A DNA stretch of 57,962 nucleotides, from NCBI GenBank assembly GCA_943349675.1, contig CALQZN010000001.1, positions 1-57,962 of the forward strand, written 5' to 3'. Below the pieces are notes generated by a model. That model was not told the origin of the DNA. It was given only the letters and a program-made list of their open reading frames with translations, and did not search any database. Both the position numbers and the translations under genes were made by a program. Numbering within the stretch: position 1 is the first letter of the stretch; every line of letters begins with the position of its first letter. Source of the stretch: Candidatus Nomurabacteria bacterium (GTDB lineage Bacteria; Patescibacteriota; Minisyncoccia; Phycocordibacterales; SBAW01). Of the stretch, positions 33,522 to 42,977 are shown in pieces.

Positions 33522-34572
33522 ACATAGGTGTAATAACCGCAATTGCTACAAAACCAACAACCAACCCCATCATCACCATCAACACAGGCTCGACCGCAGA
33601 GGAAAGTTGTTTTGTTTGCTCGTCGACCTCACTTTCTTGCATGTCAGACACATACGCCAACGAGCTAGCAAGAGTACCTGTGCGCTCGCCTATAGCAATA
33701 ATATGTCGTGCCATGTCAGGAAAAATTTTATGATAGCGCACTAAACCTTGAGAAACTGACTCACCTCGCTGTATTGATTGAGCCAATTGCAAACACATGC
33801 GTTTATAAACAACATTTTTTGTAACGTCAGCGGTTACTAGTAACGCTTCCGACAAACGCATACCGCTGAGAAGCAGCAGCCCGAGCGTGCGGCAAAAGTT
33901 TGTTACGTTGTAACTGCAAACTAAATTTTTTACCAATGGGATACCCAACACTCCTGTTGCCACTCGCCACCTAACCTGCTGCCATTTTTGCTGCGCAAAG
34001 AAAAAAGCGGCAATAGCGGCAACACCTAGTAACAAAAGTAGAAGTCCAAAATTGGACAAAAAGTTACTGACCCATACCAATATCCGAGTCGAGAGAGGCA
34101 GAGCTATCTGGAGACTGGTAAACACTGGTAAAATTTTTGGGAAAATATACATAATGAGCAGTATGGTGACGCCCGCTGTCCCTACTGCTATACAGGCCGG
34201 ATATAAAAGTGCTCCAATAACTTTCATCTTGAGTGCTTGTTTTTTCTTCAGTTCGTCAGCTACATACGAAAGACTAACTCCTAGCGTGCCACTACTTTCC
34301 CCTACTCGAATAAGGTTGATAACAAAATCACTAAACACTCGCGTATGTTTTTGTAGACTAGTGGACAAGAACTGCCCACTAGAGACGTCTGCAATAACCT
34401 GATCAAGTATTGCCGCCTTTTCTTTTGATTTAGTTTGGGCCCGCAACACACCAAGAGATTCCACAATAGGGACCTCTGCATTTATAAGGAAAGATAATCT
34501 CTTCACAAACAACATTTGTTCCTTTATGGAAAAACGTACAAAAAAGAATTTGATTTTTTTAAAATTATTCAT
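33490..34572 (-). CDS. pilC: Type IV pilus / T2SS platform protein (PilC/GspF)
   Basis: Two T2SSF repeats (VGESSGTL, IGERTGTL), VEP motif. Confidence 0.92.
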   Translation of the reverse strand: MNNFKKIKFFFVRFSIKEQMLFVKRLSFLINAEVPIVESLGVLRAQTKSKEKAAILDQVIADVSSGQFLSTSLQKHTRVFSDFVINLIRVGESSGTLGVSLSYVADELKKKQALKMKVIGALLYPACIAVGTAGVTILLIMYIFPKILPVFTSLQIALPLSTRILVWVSNFLSNFGLLLLLLGVAAIAAFFFAQQKWQQVRWRVATGVLGIPLVKNLVCSYNVTNFCRTLGLLLLSGMRLSEALLVTADVTKNVVYKRMCLQLAQSIQRGESVSQGLVRYHKIFPDMARHIIAIGERTGTLASSLAYVSDMQESEVDEQTKQLSSAVEPVLMVMMGLVVGFVAIAVITPMYEITSRLTPR

Positions 34573-35782
34573 GCATGGTGCGCATCAATTCATACACACT
34601 TGTAAGTCCCCGGCGTGCTTTGTTAAGGCCATCTTGAAGCATTGGCGTCATGCCTTTTTCCACGGCAACTTTTTGTATCTGTGCCGCAGAGGCTTTGGTT
34701 AAAATAGCTTCGCGAACTTGAGCGTCCACCACCAACACCTCATTTACCCCCACCCTACCCAAATATCCACTGTTGTCGCACAACTCGCAACCTTTACCTA
34801 TAAAAAAGGAGGACTCACGGAGTCCTCCTAACGATATACTTTCAGACAAACTTGCGTACTCACTTTCTGACAAAATATGTGCAATTTTACAATTGTCACA
34901 AATTTTACGCACTAACCGTTGTCCAATAGCTAAGGACACGGTTGATGCAACCAAATAAGGGTCGACGCCCATATCAAGCAACCGCGGAAGGGTGCTGGCA
35001 GAATCGTTTGTGTGTAGCGTCGACAACAACAAATGCCCGGTCAAAGCAGTGTTAATAGCAATGCCTGCCGTTTCTGGATCACGAATCTCCCCAACCATAA
35101 TAATGTTAGGGTCTTGGCGCAAAATTGACCGCAAACCTGTCGCAAACGTTAGACCTGTTTTTGGCTGTATTTGTATCTGTGTAATACCATTAACCGCATA
35201 TTCCACAGGATCTTCTATAGTCACAATTGAAACTTCTTTAGTGTTCAATAATTTAATAAGCGTATATAAAGTTGTGGTCTTCCCCGAACCTGTTGGTCCA
35301 GTTGCCAACACCATGCCGTCCGATCGACGCACGGTGCGAAATATTTTATTCTGATCTTCTTCACTAAAACCCAAACTGCCAAGAGTGTGTTGTTCGGGCA
35401 AGTCAATAAGTAACCGCAGCACCGCGTTTTCTCCATAATACGTTGGCGTAATAGATACTCGTACGTCTATGGGCACAGCGCCCTCCCCAACAATACGGAA
35501 GCGACCATCTTGGGCGGCCTGATGCTCATCGGTACGCAACCATGCCAACACCTTAATACGAGAGATTATTTCTGAATGAATATTTTTACTCAATAAAAAT
35601 TTTTCATGCAGCACCCCGTCGATGCGCACGCGCACTTTTACTGCACTATCGGTCGGGTCGATGTGTATATCTGACGCACGCAACAAGTGGGCTTGGCGCA
35701 CCAAAGCATCAACAAGGTCAATAATGGAGACATCGCCACCTCGGGAAAGAACATCTTCAACAGTTCCTTCATGTGGCTCCAT
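34565..35782 (-). CDS. pilB: Type IV pilus assembly ATPase (PilB/GspE) lacking the long N-terminal domain
   Basis: ASDIHIDP, GPTGSGKTTT, TIEDPVE, LRQDP, GHLLLSTLHTN, tetracysteine motif. Confidence 0.93.
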   Translation of the reverse strand: MEPHEGTVEDVLSRGGDVSIIDLVDALVRQAHLLRASDIHIDPTDSAVKVRVRIDGVLHEKFLLSKNIHSEIISRIKVLAWLRTDEHQAAQDGRFRIVGEGAVPIDVRVSITPTYYGENAVLRLLIDLPEQHTLGSLGFSEEDQNKIFRTVRRSDGMVLATGPTGSGKTTTLYTLIKLLNTKEVSIVTIEDPVEYAVNGITQIQIQPKTGLTFATGLRSILRQDPNIIMVGEIRDPETAGIAINTALTGHLLLSTLHTNDSASTLPRLLDMGVDPYLVASTVSLAIGQRLVRKICDNCKIAHILSESEYASLSESISLGGLRESSFFIGKGCELCDNSGYLGRVGVNEVLVVDAQVREAILTKASAAQIQKVAVEKGMTPMLQDGLNKARRGLTSVYELMRTMHE

Positions 35783-35805
35783 CAAACTTTGATTATATCG
35801 CTTTG

Positions 35806-35870
35806 AGTTATCCACACCCGAGCTTACAAAGGTCAGTCCTTTGTAAGTAAAACTGTGGATAACTTTTTAC
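35806..35870. repeat. REP-like palindrome bracketed by inverted DnaA boxes (copy 3)
   Basis: TTATCCACA (35808) - 37 bp with perfect CTTACAAAGG-tcagt-CCTTTGTAAG - TGTGGATAA (35854); overlaps the recO stop codon. Confidence 0.87.
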
Positions 35871-36448
35871 AAGCCGGTGGCGCCGAGGGACTCGTTGATG
35901 GCACGGATAAGAAGGTTGCGAGAGCGAGTAACCTCTGCCGTAAGTTCCATAGAAAAAAAGTCTGCCTCGATAAACGGTGCTATTTCTGGCGTATGCGGCA
36001 GGTACCCCAGGTGCGCCAGCACACGCAGCACCAGCACACACTCGATACTCTCGGCATCCGCATCAGTTTGGGCACGAGCTAGATAGTTAAGACCCTCTGC
36101 AACCGTTGTATATAAATCTCCCGTCGGCTCTTCGCCGTGTATAAGGCGCAGCAGCAACCGTGCGATACGGCCCGCCGCCCGACGGCGCACAGGCGACGTG
36201 CCGAGGTATTCTCTCGACAGATGTTCGGCGCCAACCAACTTCCACTCGTACCTTCCGCGCACCAACGAAAATTTACCGTGGGTCAGTGTCTCGAGCCCAT
36301 AGCGCAACTTTGACTGCTCGACGCGAGCACTGCGTGCCGCCGCACGTACCAGCCCCAGGTCTTTAGTTAAAATTGCGACGAGCGTATTGGCTTCCCCTGC
36401 CCCTTTTTTTGCAAGCACAAGCCCTTCTGTCGCAATAATTTTATGCAT
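35867..36448 (-). CDS. recO: DNA repair protein RecO
   Basis: TEGLVL...GEAN...ILTKDLGLVRAAARSAR...SKLR N-terminal OB motif. Confidence 0.88.
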   Translation of the reverse strand: MHKIIATEGLVLAKKGAGEANTLVAILTKDLGLVRAAARSARVEQSKLRYGLETLTHGKFSLVRGRYEWKLVGAEHLSREYLGTSPVRRRAAGRIARLLLRLIHGEEPTGDLYTTVAEGLNYLARAQTDADAESIECVLVLRVLAHLGYLPHTPEIAPFIEADFFSMELTAEVTRSRNLLIRAINESLGATGL

Positions 36449-39400
36449 GCGCCTCTAAACTTGCCAGACCGGTTGTTTGCATAATTTCTGCGCGGTGTTT
36501 TTTTATTACCGCTATTTCTTCTTCACTCCCCACAAAAGTATAAGTTGGACGATCGGCAATAGTGAGCCCTTGGTCTTTGCGCCACCCTTGGATGTGGCGA
36601 ACGATATCGCGCACCATACCTTCTTCTTTCAACTCTGGCGTGATTGTTGTATCCAGCGCCACCTCTTCTGTAAGATTTGAGTCTTCCACCACTTCCTTTA
36701 CATTCAACTCCTCTGCAATCAACGTGTGTAGTGACGCCTCACGTGGAAGTTGCTTTACCGTAAGCGACGCAAGCGGTTGGCGGATTTTAACTCCCGCACG
36801 CTCGCGTAACTCCAAACCTTTGGAAGCGAGGTCACGCACTTGTTGCATGCCTTCAATCAGTGAGGTGTCTACATGCCCTGCAGTAGGCCAGTCACAGAGA
36901 TGGACGCTCTGTGCCCCGCTTTCTGTCTTTGTGCGCAAATACAAGTCCTCTGCAAAAAACGGCATGACGGGCGCAACAAGGTGTGCCGTGGTGTGCAACA
37001 CAAAACGTAGCGTTGAGAGTGCTTGCACTTTGTCATCGCCCTCGACTTTAAAACGGTCACGAGACCGACGCAGATACCACGTTGAGAGGTCATCAACAAA
37101 GCTATTGAGTGGCCGTGTTGCCACATCAAGCTCGTACGACTCAAAACCTTTTGTAGTATCCCTCACCAACTCAGCAAGGCGCGACAGTATCCATCGATCG
37201 AGCGGGTGCGAGGAAGAGGCGTGGGGCACCACCTCTGGCGAGGCATACAGGTCGTAAAAACTCCGCACGTTGTCGAGCCGCATCAATAATTTTTTTGAAA
37301 CTTCTTCAACTCCGCGGGCAGAAAAGCGCAAATCCTCACCCCGAATAACTGGTGTAGAGAGAAGATACTGACGCAGCGCGTCGGCACCAAAGGTGTCGAC
37401 CAACTCCATAGGGTCGGGATAATTTTTGAGTTTTTTACTCATCTTGCGACCGTCTTGCGCCAACACCAGTCCATTGGTAACCACTGCCTTGTACGAGCTT
37501 TTACCAAACAGTGCAGTACTCAGTACGATCATGGAGTAAAACCACCCGCGAGTCTGGTCGATACCTTCGGCAATAAAATCAGCTGGATATCCTTTTGGGG
37601 AAAAACCAAACAGTCGTTTGGGGTTAAACGTATCGCGTACAAAAGGATAGTGGTTTGACGCAAAAGGCATAGAGCCCGACTCAAACCAGCAGTCAAACAC
37701 GTCAGGTACGCGCTTCCACTCGCCCCGGAGCGAGTCCCCCATAAGTACATCGTCGATGTATGGGCGATGCAGGTCAAGCTCATAGTTTTCGTTATGGGGA
37801 AACGGGACAAAAGGGAGCTCTGCTACCTGAGCATTGTCGAGCATTAAAGCCCGCGTAAAGCCTGTGGTAGGCTGCCTCCCAACAACTTGTTGCAACGCCC
37901 AAAGAGTCCCACCGTGCGAAACTATAAGTATGTTTTTACCACTATACCTGCGTTCAACCTCAAAAATAAACTCACCTACAGCACGGCAGAGGTCGGGCGT
38001 CACATGAGCAACCTCCCCCAAACGGGTGTCCACCATAACAGCAGCATCTGGAAGGCCGAGTTTTTGTGCCAACAGACGCGCTGTTTCTTTGGTGCGCAAA
38101 AAAGGCGACGTAACGATCATGTCTATTTTTTTTGATGCAAGCGTTCGCGCAGAAGCCAATACTTGAGCCTTACCTTTTTGCGTCAAGTTGTTATGCGGGT
38201 CGCCTTGTACATCTTCTACATCGTCAACATTTGACTGCGCTTCCCCGTGTCGCATCACAAAGTAGCTATTACCCGACCGACGCACCATACCGAGCAACTC
38301 TTCAACAGAGCCCACCACTTTAATTTCTTTTGTCTTGCTATGTCGCCATGCGGGGATGGGCGCACCCCAATAGCGGCTGCGTGATATCGCCCAGTCAGGA
38401 GCATTTTGCAGCAAGTTTGCAAAACGGCCCGGACCCACATGTTCGGGCACCCAGCGCACCTTAGCGTTTTCTTTAATAAGTTTGCTTTTTATTGCTGATA
38501 CTTTTACAAACCACGAATTTGCTGCCCAATTAAGGAGCGGGGTGTCGCAGCGCCAACAATGCGGGTAGGAATGGGTAATTTTTTCTTGTTTATATAAGAG
38601 CCCACGTTGCTGTAGATGCTCCGCAATTTTTACGTCGGTCTCCATGTGGCGACCCTTAGGCTTCACCGGCATATGGGCAAAGTCAGCAACAGTTGCAATA
38701 AATTTACCGTCATCCGTTACGTGATGGATAAGGGGTATCTTCTCCTTCTGCGCAAGTTCCAAATCCTCGGCGCCATACGCAGGCGAAAGATGGACAATAC
38801 CTGTACCGTCCTCCAGCGTCACATACGGCGCTGCGTACACGCGCCACGCATGCGTCTTATGTTTGTGCACCTGGTCGGCAAAATAATTAAACGGAGGGGT
38901 GTAGTACTTCCCCACCAAGTCTTTGCCTAAAATCTCTCCATATATTTTGGCGTCTGCGCCCAACACTTTTTCTGCCAATTCTTTAGCAACCACCACAAAC
39001 CCGTCATCTGTACGGACTTTAACGTACATGGCTTGGGCGCTCACTGCCGCCGCAGTGTTGCCCGGCAGAGTCCACGGCGTTGTGGTCCATATAAGCAACG
39101 AGGTTTCAGGCTCGTCGACAAGCGGCAATTTTACTGTCACGGCGATATCTTCGATATCTTGGTAGCCTTGCGCTACTTCGAAGTTTGACAGCGTAGTGCC
39201 ACAACGTGGACACAGATGCATCGCCTTAAAACCTTCGTACAAAAGTTTTTTACTGTACAACTTTTTAAAAGCCCACCACACGCTTTCGGTGTAGGAGGCA
39301 TCCATGGTTTTGTAGTCATGCTCCATGTCGGCCCAGCGACCGATACGTGGGATAATCCGACGCCACTCATCTGCATAGCGCAGCACGGCGCCCTGCGCTG

Positions 39401-39791
39401 CTGCATTAAACTTCTCTACCCCAAACTGCTCAATATCGCGTTTTGTTTTAAAGCCAAGCTCCTGCTCTATCTGATTCTCAAGTGGTAAGCCGTGGCAGTC
39501 CCACCCCCATTGACGCAAAACCCGATACCCTTGCATCGTGCGATAGCGAGGTATCGCGTCTTTAAGTGCGCTTTGTAAAATGTGGCCAAAGTGTGGAAGC
39601 CCTGTTGCAAACGGCGGCCCGTCGTAAAAAACATACTCGCCTTTGGGGGCAGGCTTTTCGAGCGATTTTTTAAAAATACCTTCCTTGTTCCAAAAATCGA
39701 GCACGGCCTCTTCGCGCTCGGCTAGCGGCCCCTTTTTTGACTTTTCAGGCTCGTGGTGCGCCTCTTCCCCTTCCTGGGCTTTTGAATCCAT
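36441..39791 (-). CDS. ileS: Isoleucine--tRNA ligase (type 2) with an inserted histidine-phosphatase domain
   Basis: DGPPFATGLPHFGH, WTTTPWTLP, DQTRGWFY, KMSKK; RHGE...SHGG insert. Confidence 0.97.
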   Translation of the reverse strand: MDSKAQEGEEAHHEPEKSKKGPLAEREEAVLDFWNKEGIFKKSLEKPAPKGEYVFYDGPPFATGLPHFGHILQSALKDAIPRYRTMQGYRVLRQWGWDCHGLPLENQIEQELGFKTKRDIEQFGVEKFNAAAQGAVLRYADEWRRIIPRIGRWADMEHDYKTMDASYTESVWWAFKKLYSKKLLYEGFKAMHLCPRCGTTLSNFEVAQGYQDIEDIAVTVKLPLVDEPETSLLIWTTTPWTLPGNTAAAVSAQAMYVKVRTDDGFVVVAKELAEKVLGADAKIYGEILGKDLVGKYYTPPFNYFADQVHKHKTHAWRVYAAPYVTLEDGTGIVHLSPAYGAEDLELAQKEKIPLIHHVTDDGKFIATVADFAHMPVKPKGRHMETDVKIAEHLQQRGLLYKQEKITHSYPHCWRCDTPLLNWAANSWFVKVSAIKSKLIKENAKVRWVPEHVGPGRFANLLQNAPDWAISRSRYWGAPIPAWRHSKTKEIKVVGSVEELLGMVRRSGNSYFVMRHGEAQSNVDDVEDVQGDPHNNLTQKGKAQVLASARTLASKKIDMIVTSPFLRTKETARLLAQKLGLPDAAVMVDTRLGEVAHVTPDLCRAVGEFIFEVERRYSGKNILIVSHGGTLWALQQVVGRQPTTGFTRALMLDNAQVAELPFVPFPHNENYELDLHRPYIDDVLMGDSLRGEWKRVPDVFDCWFESGSMPFASNHYPFVRDTFNPKRLFGFSPKGYPADFIAEGIDQTRGWFYSMIVLSTALFGKSSYKAVVTNGLVLAQDGRKMSKKLKNYPDPMELVDTFGADALRQYLLSTPVIRGEDLRFSARGVEEVSKKLLMRLDNVRSFYDLYASPEVVPHASSSHPLDRWILSRLAELVRDTTKGFESYELDVATRPLNSFVDDLSTWYLRRSRDRFKVEGDDKVQALSTLRFVLHTTAHLVAPVMPFFAEDLYLRTKTESGAQSVHLCDWPTAGHVDTSLIEGMQQVRDLASKGLELRERAGVKIRQPLASLTVKQLPREASLHTLIAEELNVKEVVEDSNLTEEVALDTTITPELKEEGMVRDIVRHIQGWRKDQGLTIADRPTYTFVGSEEEIAVIKKHRAEIMQTTGLASLEAHA

Positions 39792-39893
39792 ATATAAGAG
39801 AATATAGCACCGTTAAAGGTTTTTTCCCATTAGCTTCTCTCTGAAGAGAAAAGGTGCTACTTTGTAAAAAGGTCAACCAAAAAGGCATACGCG

Positions 39894-40091
39894 ATGCACA
39901 TCTGCTCAAGAAATCCGGGACTTACGGTCGCCGAGTGCGGTCGGTGTGGCGACGAACCCTGCGCCGCGCAATTTGCAGCAAACCAAGACCAACAAGCCAG
40001 ATCATGGTCGGAAAGCTTGGCAACCCGGGCGGAAAAGGCTGCACTTGATGCCAAGATCGTTACTAACCCTCGAGGTACTCATATCTTGTAA
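39894..40091 (+). CDS. Small Cys/His-containing hypothetical protein (65 aa)
   Basis: Fills the ileS-argS gap; HxC, CxxC and C residues; hairpin follows at 40124-40150. Confidence 0.4.
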   Translation: MHICSRNPGLTVAECGRCGDEPCAAQFAANQDQQARSWSESLATRAEKAALDAKIVTNPRGTHIL

Positions 40092-40169
40092 AATCTAGGG
40101 ACTAAACAAAAGCAGTAGCCCTAAAACAGATAGCATCACGCTATCTGTTTATTTTTTAACCTTCGCCTA

Positions 40170-41825
40170 CTACATTTCTTTTGGCACGGGGATACCAAGC
40201 AGCTTTAGCCCTTTACCAAGAGTTTGTTCAACCGCCTCTGCAAGCAAAAGCGCATACGACGGATAGTCACCATCTATCACTCGCACGTTTGCGTACCAAG
40301 AATTAAAAGCCGCTGCGAGCTCGGTCATATACGTCGTGACATAGTGCGGCTCAAGCTCGCGTGCAGCACGCTCTGCAACCGCAGGGTAGTGTATGAGCAG
40401 ACGGTCAAGCGTGAGCGCCTTCAAAAATTCTTCAATATCTTGCACACTCTCTACTGCATCATGTACGCCAGCTGCGCGTGCTTTTTTTATTAAAGATGCT
40501 GCACGAGTGTGGGCATATTGCAGGTATGGCCCTGAGTCACCTTCCAAAGAAAGAGATTTTTCTGGGTCAAAGACAATATCTTTGCCACTCCCCTGTTTAA
40601 GTACTGCATATTTGATTGCCCCAACAGAAACTTGCTCTGCAACAGTGTCTGCATCCTGCAGATCTCTCCCTTGCATTTTTTCCTTCGCCGCGTCTTTCAA
40701 ATCCATCAACAGTGACTCGCCGGTAATGACGTTCCCTTTGCGTGACGACATCTTGCCAGTAGTAAGCTTTAGAAAGCCGTGAAATCGTGCGAGCATTTTG
40801 CCATCCAGGTCAGGGAATATTAATTCTGCTGCCTTGCGGACCACTTTAAAGTATTCACTTATTTCGTTTGCCGTAATGGTTAGGGAGAGATCGAAACTTC
40901 CTTTTTCTTTTTTAGCGTTTACGAGCCCAAGCTCTTTTGCTTCGTAGGTTGGGAGGCCTTTACTGTTTACGAACACTCGGGTATGCAGACCGTAGTTTTC
41001 TCCCTTAAATACCACAGCTCCTTCACTTTCTTCAAACACCTCTGGATGAGCACGCACTATTGCCAAACCCTTTGGGCCAGTTTCGCTCTCAAAGAAGTAA
41101 TGTGCAAACGTAGTACCAAGTATTTTGTACACTTCTTCAAAATGTGCGAGAGATTCGGCCCGGCCACTTTCGTACAAGGCCACCACCGCGGGGTCAGTTT
41201 TTTCGTAAATTGTTTTGTTTAACTCATCAATTTCTTCTTTGTGTGTCTCATATTGGTTTGACCCATATACATACGCTTCTCCCCACGATGCGTCCGGCTG
41301 TTGTTGCTTACCCCATATTGCCTTAGCCACATGCACACCAAGGTCACCTTGATAGTTAGCGCGACTCACCTGAGCCCCCGACGATTCAAATAGTCGAGCA
41401 ATCGACTCGCCGATTGTATTGCTCATTAGGTGTCCAATATGGAATTCTTTAAACGGGTTTGGGTCCGTATACTCGACCATTACCGTTTTATTTTTATACA
41501 AATTATTCTGCCCCCACACCTCGTCTGTGGCAGCTTTTTGCACTTCTTTTAAAATGGCCTGGCGCGACAAACGGAAGTTAATAAATCCAGGACCTGCAAT
41601 TTCTATTTTTTGCACCCCTTCAATTTTTCCTTCTAGGGCGCCAACTAGCGCGTCCGCCACCTCACGCGGATTTTTACCCAGGTGTTTTGCCGCAGCGAGC
41701 GCTGCGTTGGTTGCATAGTCGCCGTGAGCAAAGTCTCCTGGCCTATCTACTACAAAGGGGACATCCGGCGCTCCAAGCGCCGCCAAAGCCTTTTGTATTC
41801 CTTTCTGTATCTCCTCTTGGTCCAT
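40170..41825 (-). CDS. argS: Arginine--tRNA ligase
   Basis: GPGFINF, HIGH, KMSSRKG, GPYLQYAH. Confidence 0.97.
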   Translation of the reverse strand: MDQEEIQKGIQKALAALGAPDVPFVVDRPGDFAHGDYATNAALAAAKHLGKNPREVADALVGALEGKIEGVQKIEIAGPGFINFRLSRQAILKEVQKAATDEVWGQNNLYKNKTVMVEYTDPNPFKEFHIGHLMSNTIGESIARLFESSGAQVSRANYQGDLGVHVAKAIWGKQQQPDASWGEAYVYGSNQYETHKEEIDELNKTIYEKTDPAVVALYESGRAESLAHFEEVYKILGTTFAHYFFESETGPKGLAIVRAHPEVFEESEGAVVFKGENYGLHTRVFVNSKGLPTYEAKELGLVNAKKEKGSFDLSLTITANEISEYFKVVRKAAELIFPDLDGKMLARFHGFLKLTTGKMSSRKGNVITGESLLMDLKDAAKEKMQGRDLQDADTVAEQVSVGAIKYAVLKQGSGKDIVFDPEKSLSLEGDSGPYLQYAHTRAASLIKKARAAGVHDAVESVQDIEEFLKALTLDRLLIHYPAVAERAARELEPHYVTTYMTELAAAFNSWYANVRVIDGDYPSYALLLAEAVEQTLGKGLKLLGIPVPKEM

Positions 41826-41842
41826 ACGCACTACAGTACCAG

Positions 41843-42946
41843 CTAAAGGGTAGTTGTGGAAAGTGCGGGCAATGTCGCTGCCTCGACCACATCAAACGTG
41901 ATGCGGCCGATGAGTTGCCCACGAGTTGTTTCCACATTGCAGCGCCACTTCCCTGCAGCCAAACCCGCCTTGTTACTCCAACCACGATAGCCATTTTCGC
42001 GCCCACCGTTTATAGGAAAAGATACGACCGACCGTGACTGCCATTCTTTTGTAGCTGCGTCGTACTGCTCCCACCGATGCACCACCGACGCCGAGAGCGC
42101 ACTCGGCGCATACACTGCGCTAAAACAATACGCCTGCTGCCCCGGCACAGAGGTATACACCCCTGCAGTATTGCGCCAAAATACATACCACGCTGGAGCT
42201 TCGTAGGTTGCAGCGTAGGTAGCCCCTTGGCGCACCAAAGTGTGATACACACCTATATCTTTAAGCCCCAAAGGCACCGGAGGAATAACGTTTAAAAAAT
42301 ACAAACCATTAAATATAAAAAATATTACCCCCACCCACGCAGACACTTCCCACATACGACGCTCTTGTTTGCGCTTAAATACAAATATAAAAATCACAGC
42401 AAGAAAAACTCCAATGACTATCAAACTTACAACGCCACTAATCAAAAACGCTTGCGCCCCTATTGCGTGCAGCACAAACGTCGGCAACGCTATGGTCAAA
42501 TATGTTAGTACTAAAAAATAATACACCGCAACATTAAACTGCAATTGCGCGTAGCGGTTTTTTAAAAACTCATTACCAAAAATAAAAGCAACGAGCAGGC
42601 CTATAAACAACGCGCTACCCGCAAACGTGCCGCTTTTGCCGTACAAGACAAGTAGGTTACTCGCCAGACCTCCAAAACAGAACTGCAAAATAAATACCAG
42701 CACCAACGGTTCGGTACGATTTTCGCGGTCCATTTGTGCGCGCGAGCGTATGTTGAGTAACACAATAATTACTGCCGCCACAAACAAGTACCCAAGCAAG
42801 AGTAAGTTGTCGCCAACATTCTCTGGAGAGTTGACGAGAATAAGGTCAAAGGCAAACCCGCCAAACACGGCACCGAGGCTAATATGCCGCTCGTAGCGTT
42901 GCCAAAAAGACACTGCCTTGCTAGAGATTTTTTTAAAGACTCTCAC
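41843..42946 (-). CDS. Membrane protein with a C-terminal DUF2914-like domain
   Basis: Multiple TM helices; GGRENGYRGWSNK...GKWRCNVET. Confidence 0.75.
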   Translation of the reverse strand: MRVFKKISSKAVSFWQRYERHISLGAVFGGFAFDLILVNSPENVGDNLLLLGYLFVAAVIIVLLNIRSRAQMDRENRTEPLVLVFILQFCFGGLASNLLVLYGKSGTFAGSALFIGLLVAFIFGNEFLKNRYAQLQFNVAVYYFLVLTYLTIALPTFVLHAIGAQAFLISGVVSLIVIGVFLAVIFIFVFKRKQERRMWEVSAWVGVIFFIFNGLYFLNVIPPVPLGLKDIGVYHTLVRQGATYAATYEAPAWYVFWRNTAGVYTSVPGQQAYCFSAVYAPSALSASVVHRWEQYDAATKEWQSRSVVSFPINGGRENGYRGWSNKAGLAAGKWRCNVETTRGQLIGRITFDVVEAATLPALSTTTL

Positions 42947-42977
42947 TCCTTTACTTTACCACCCCAGCCCCAAGAGG

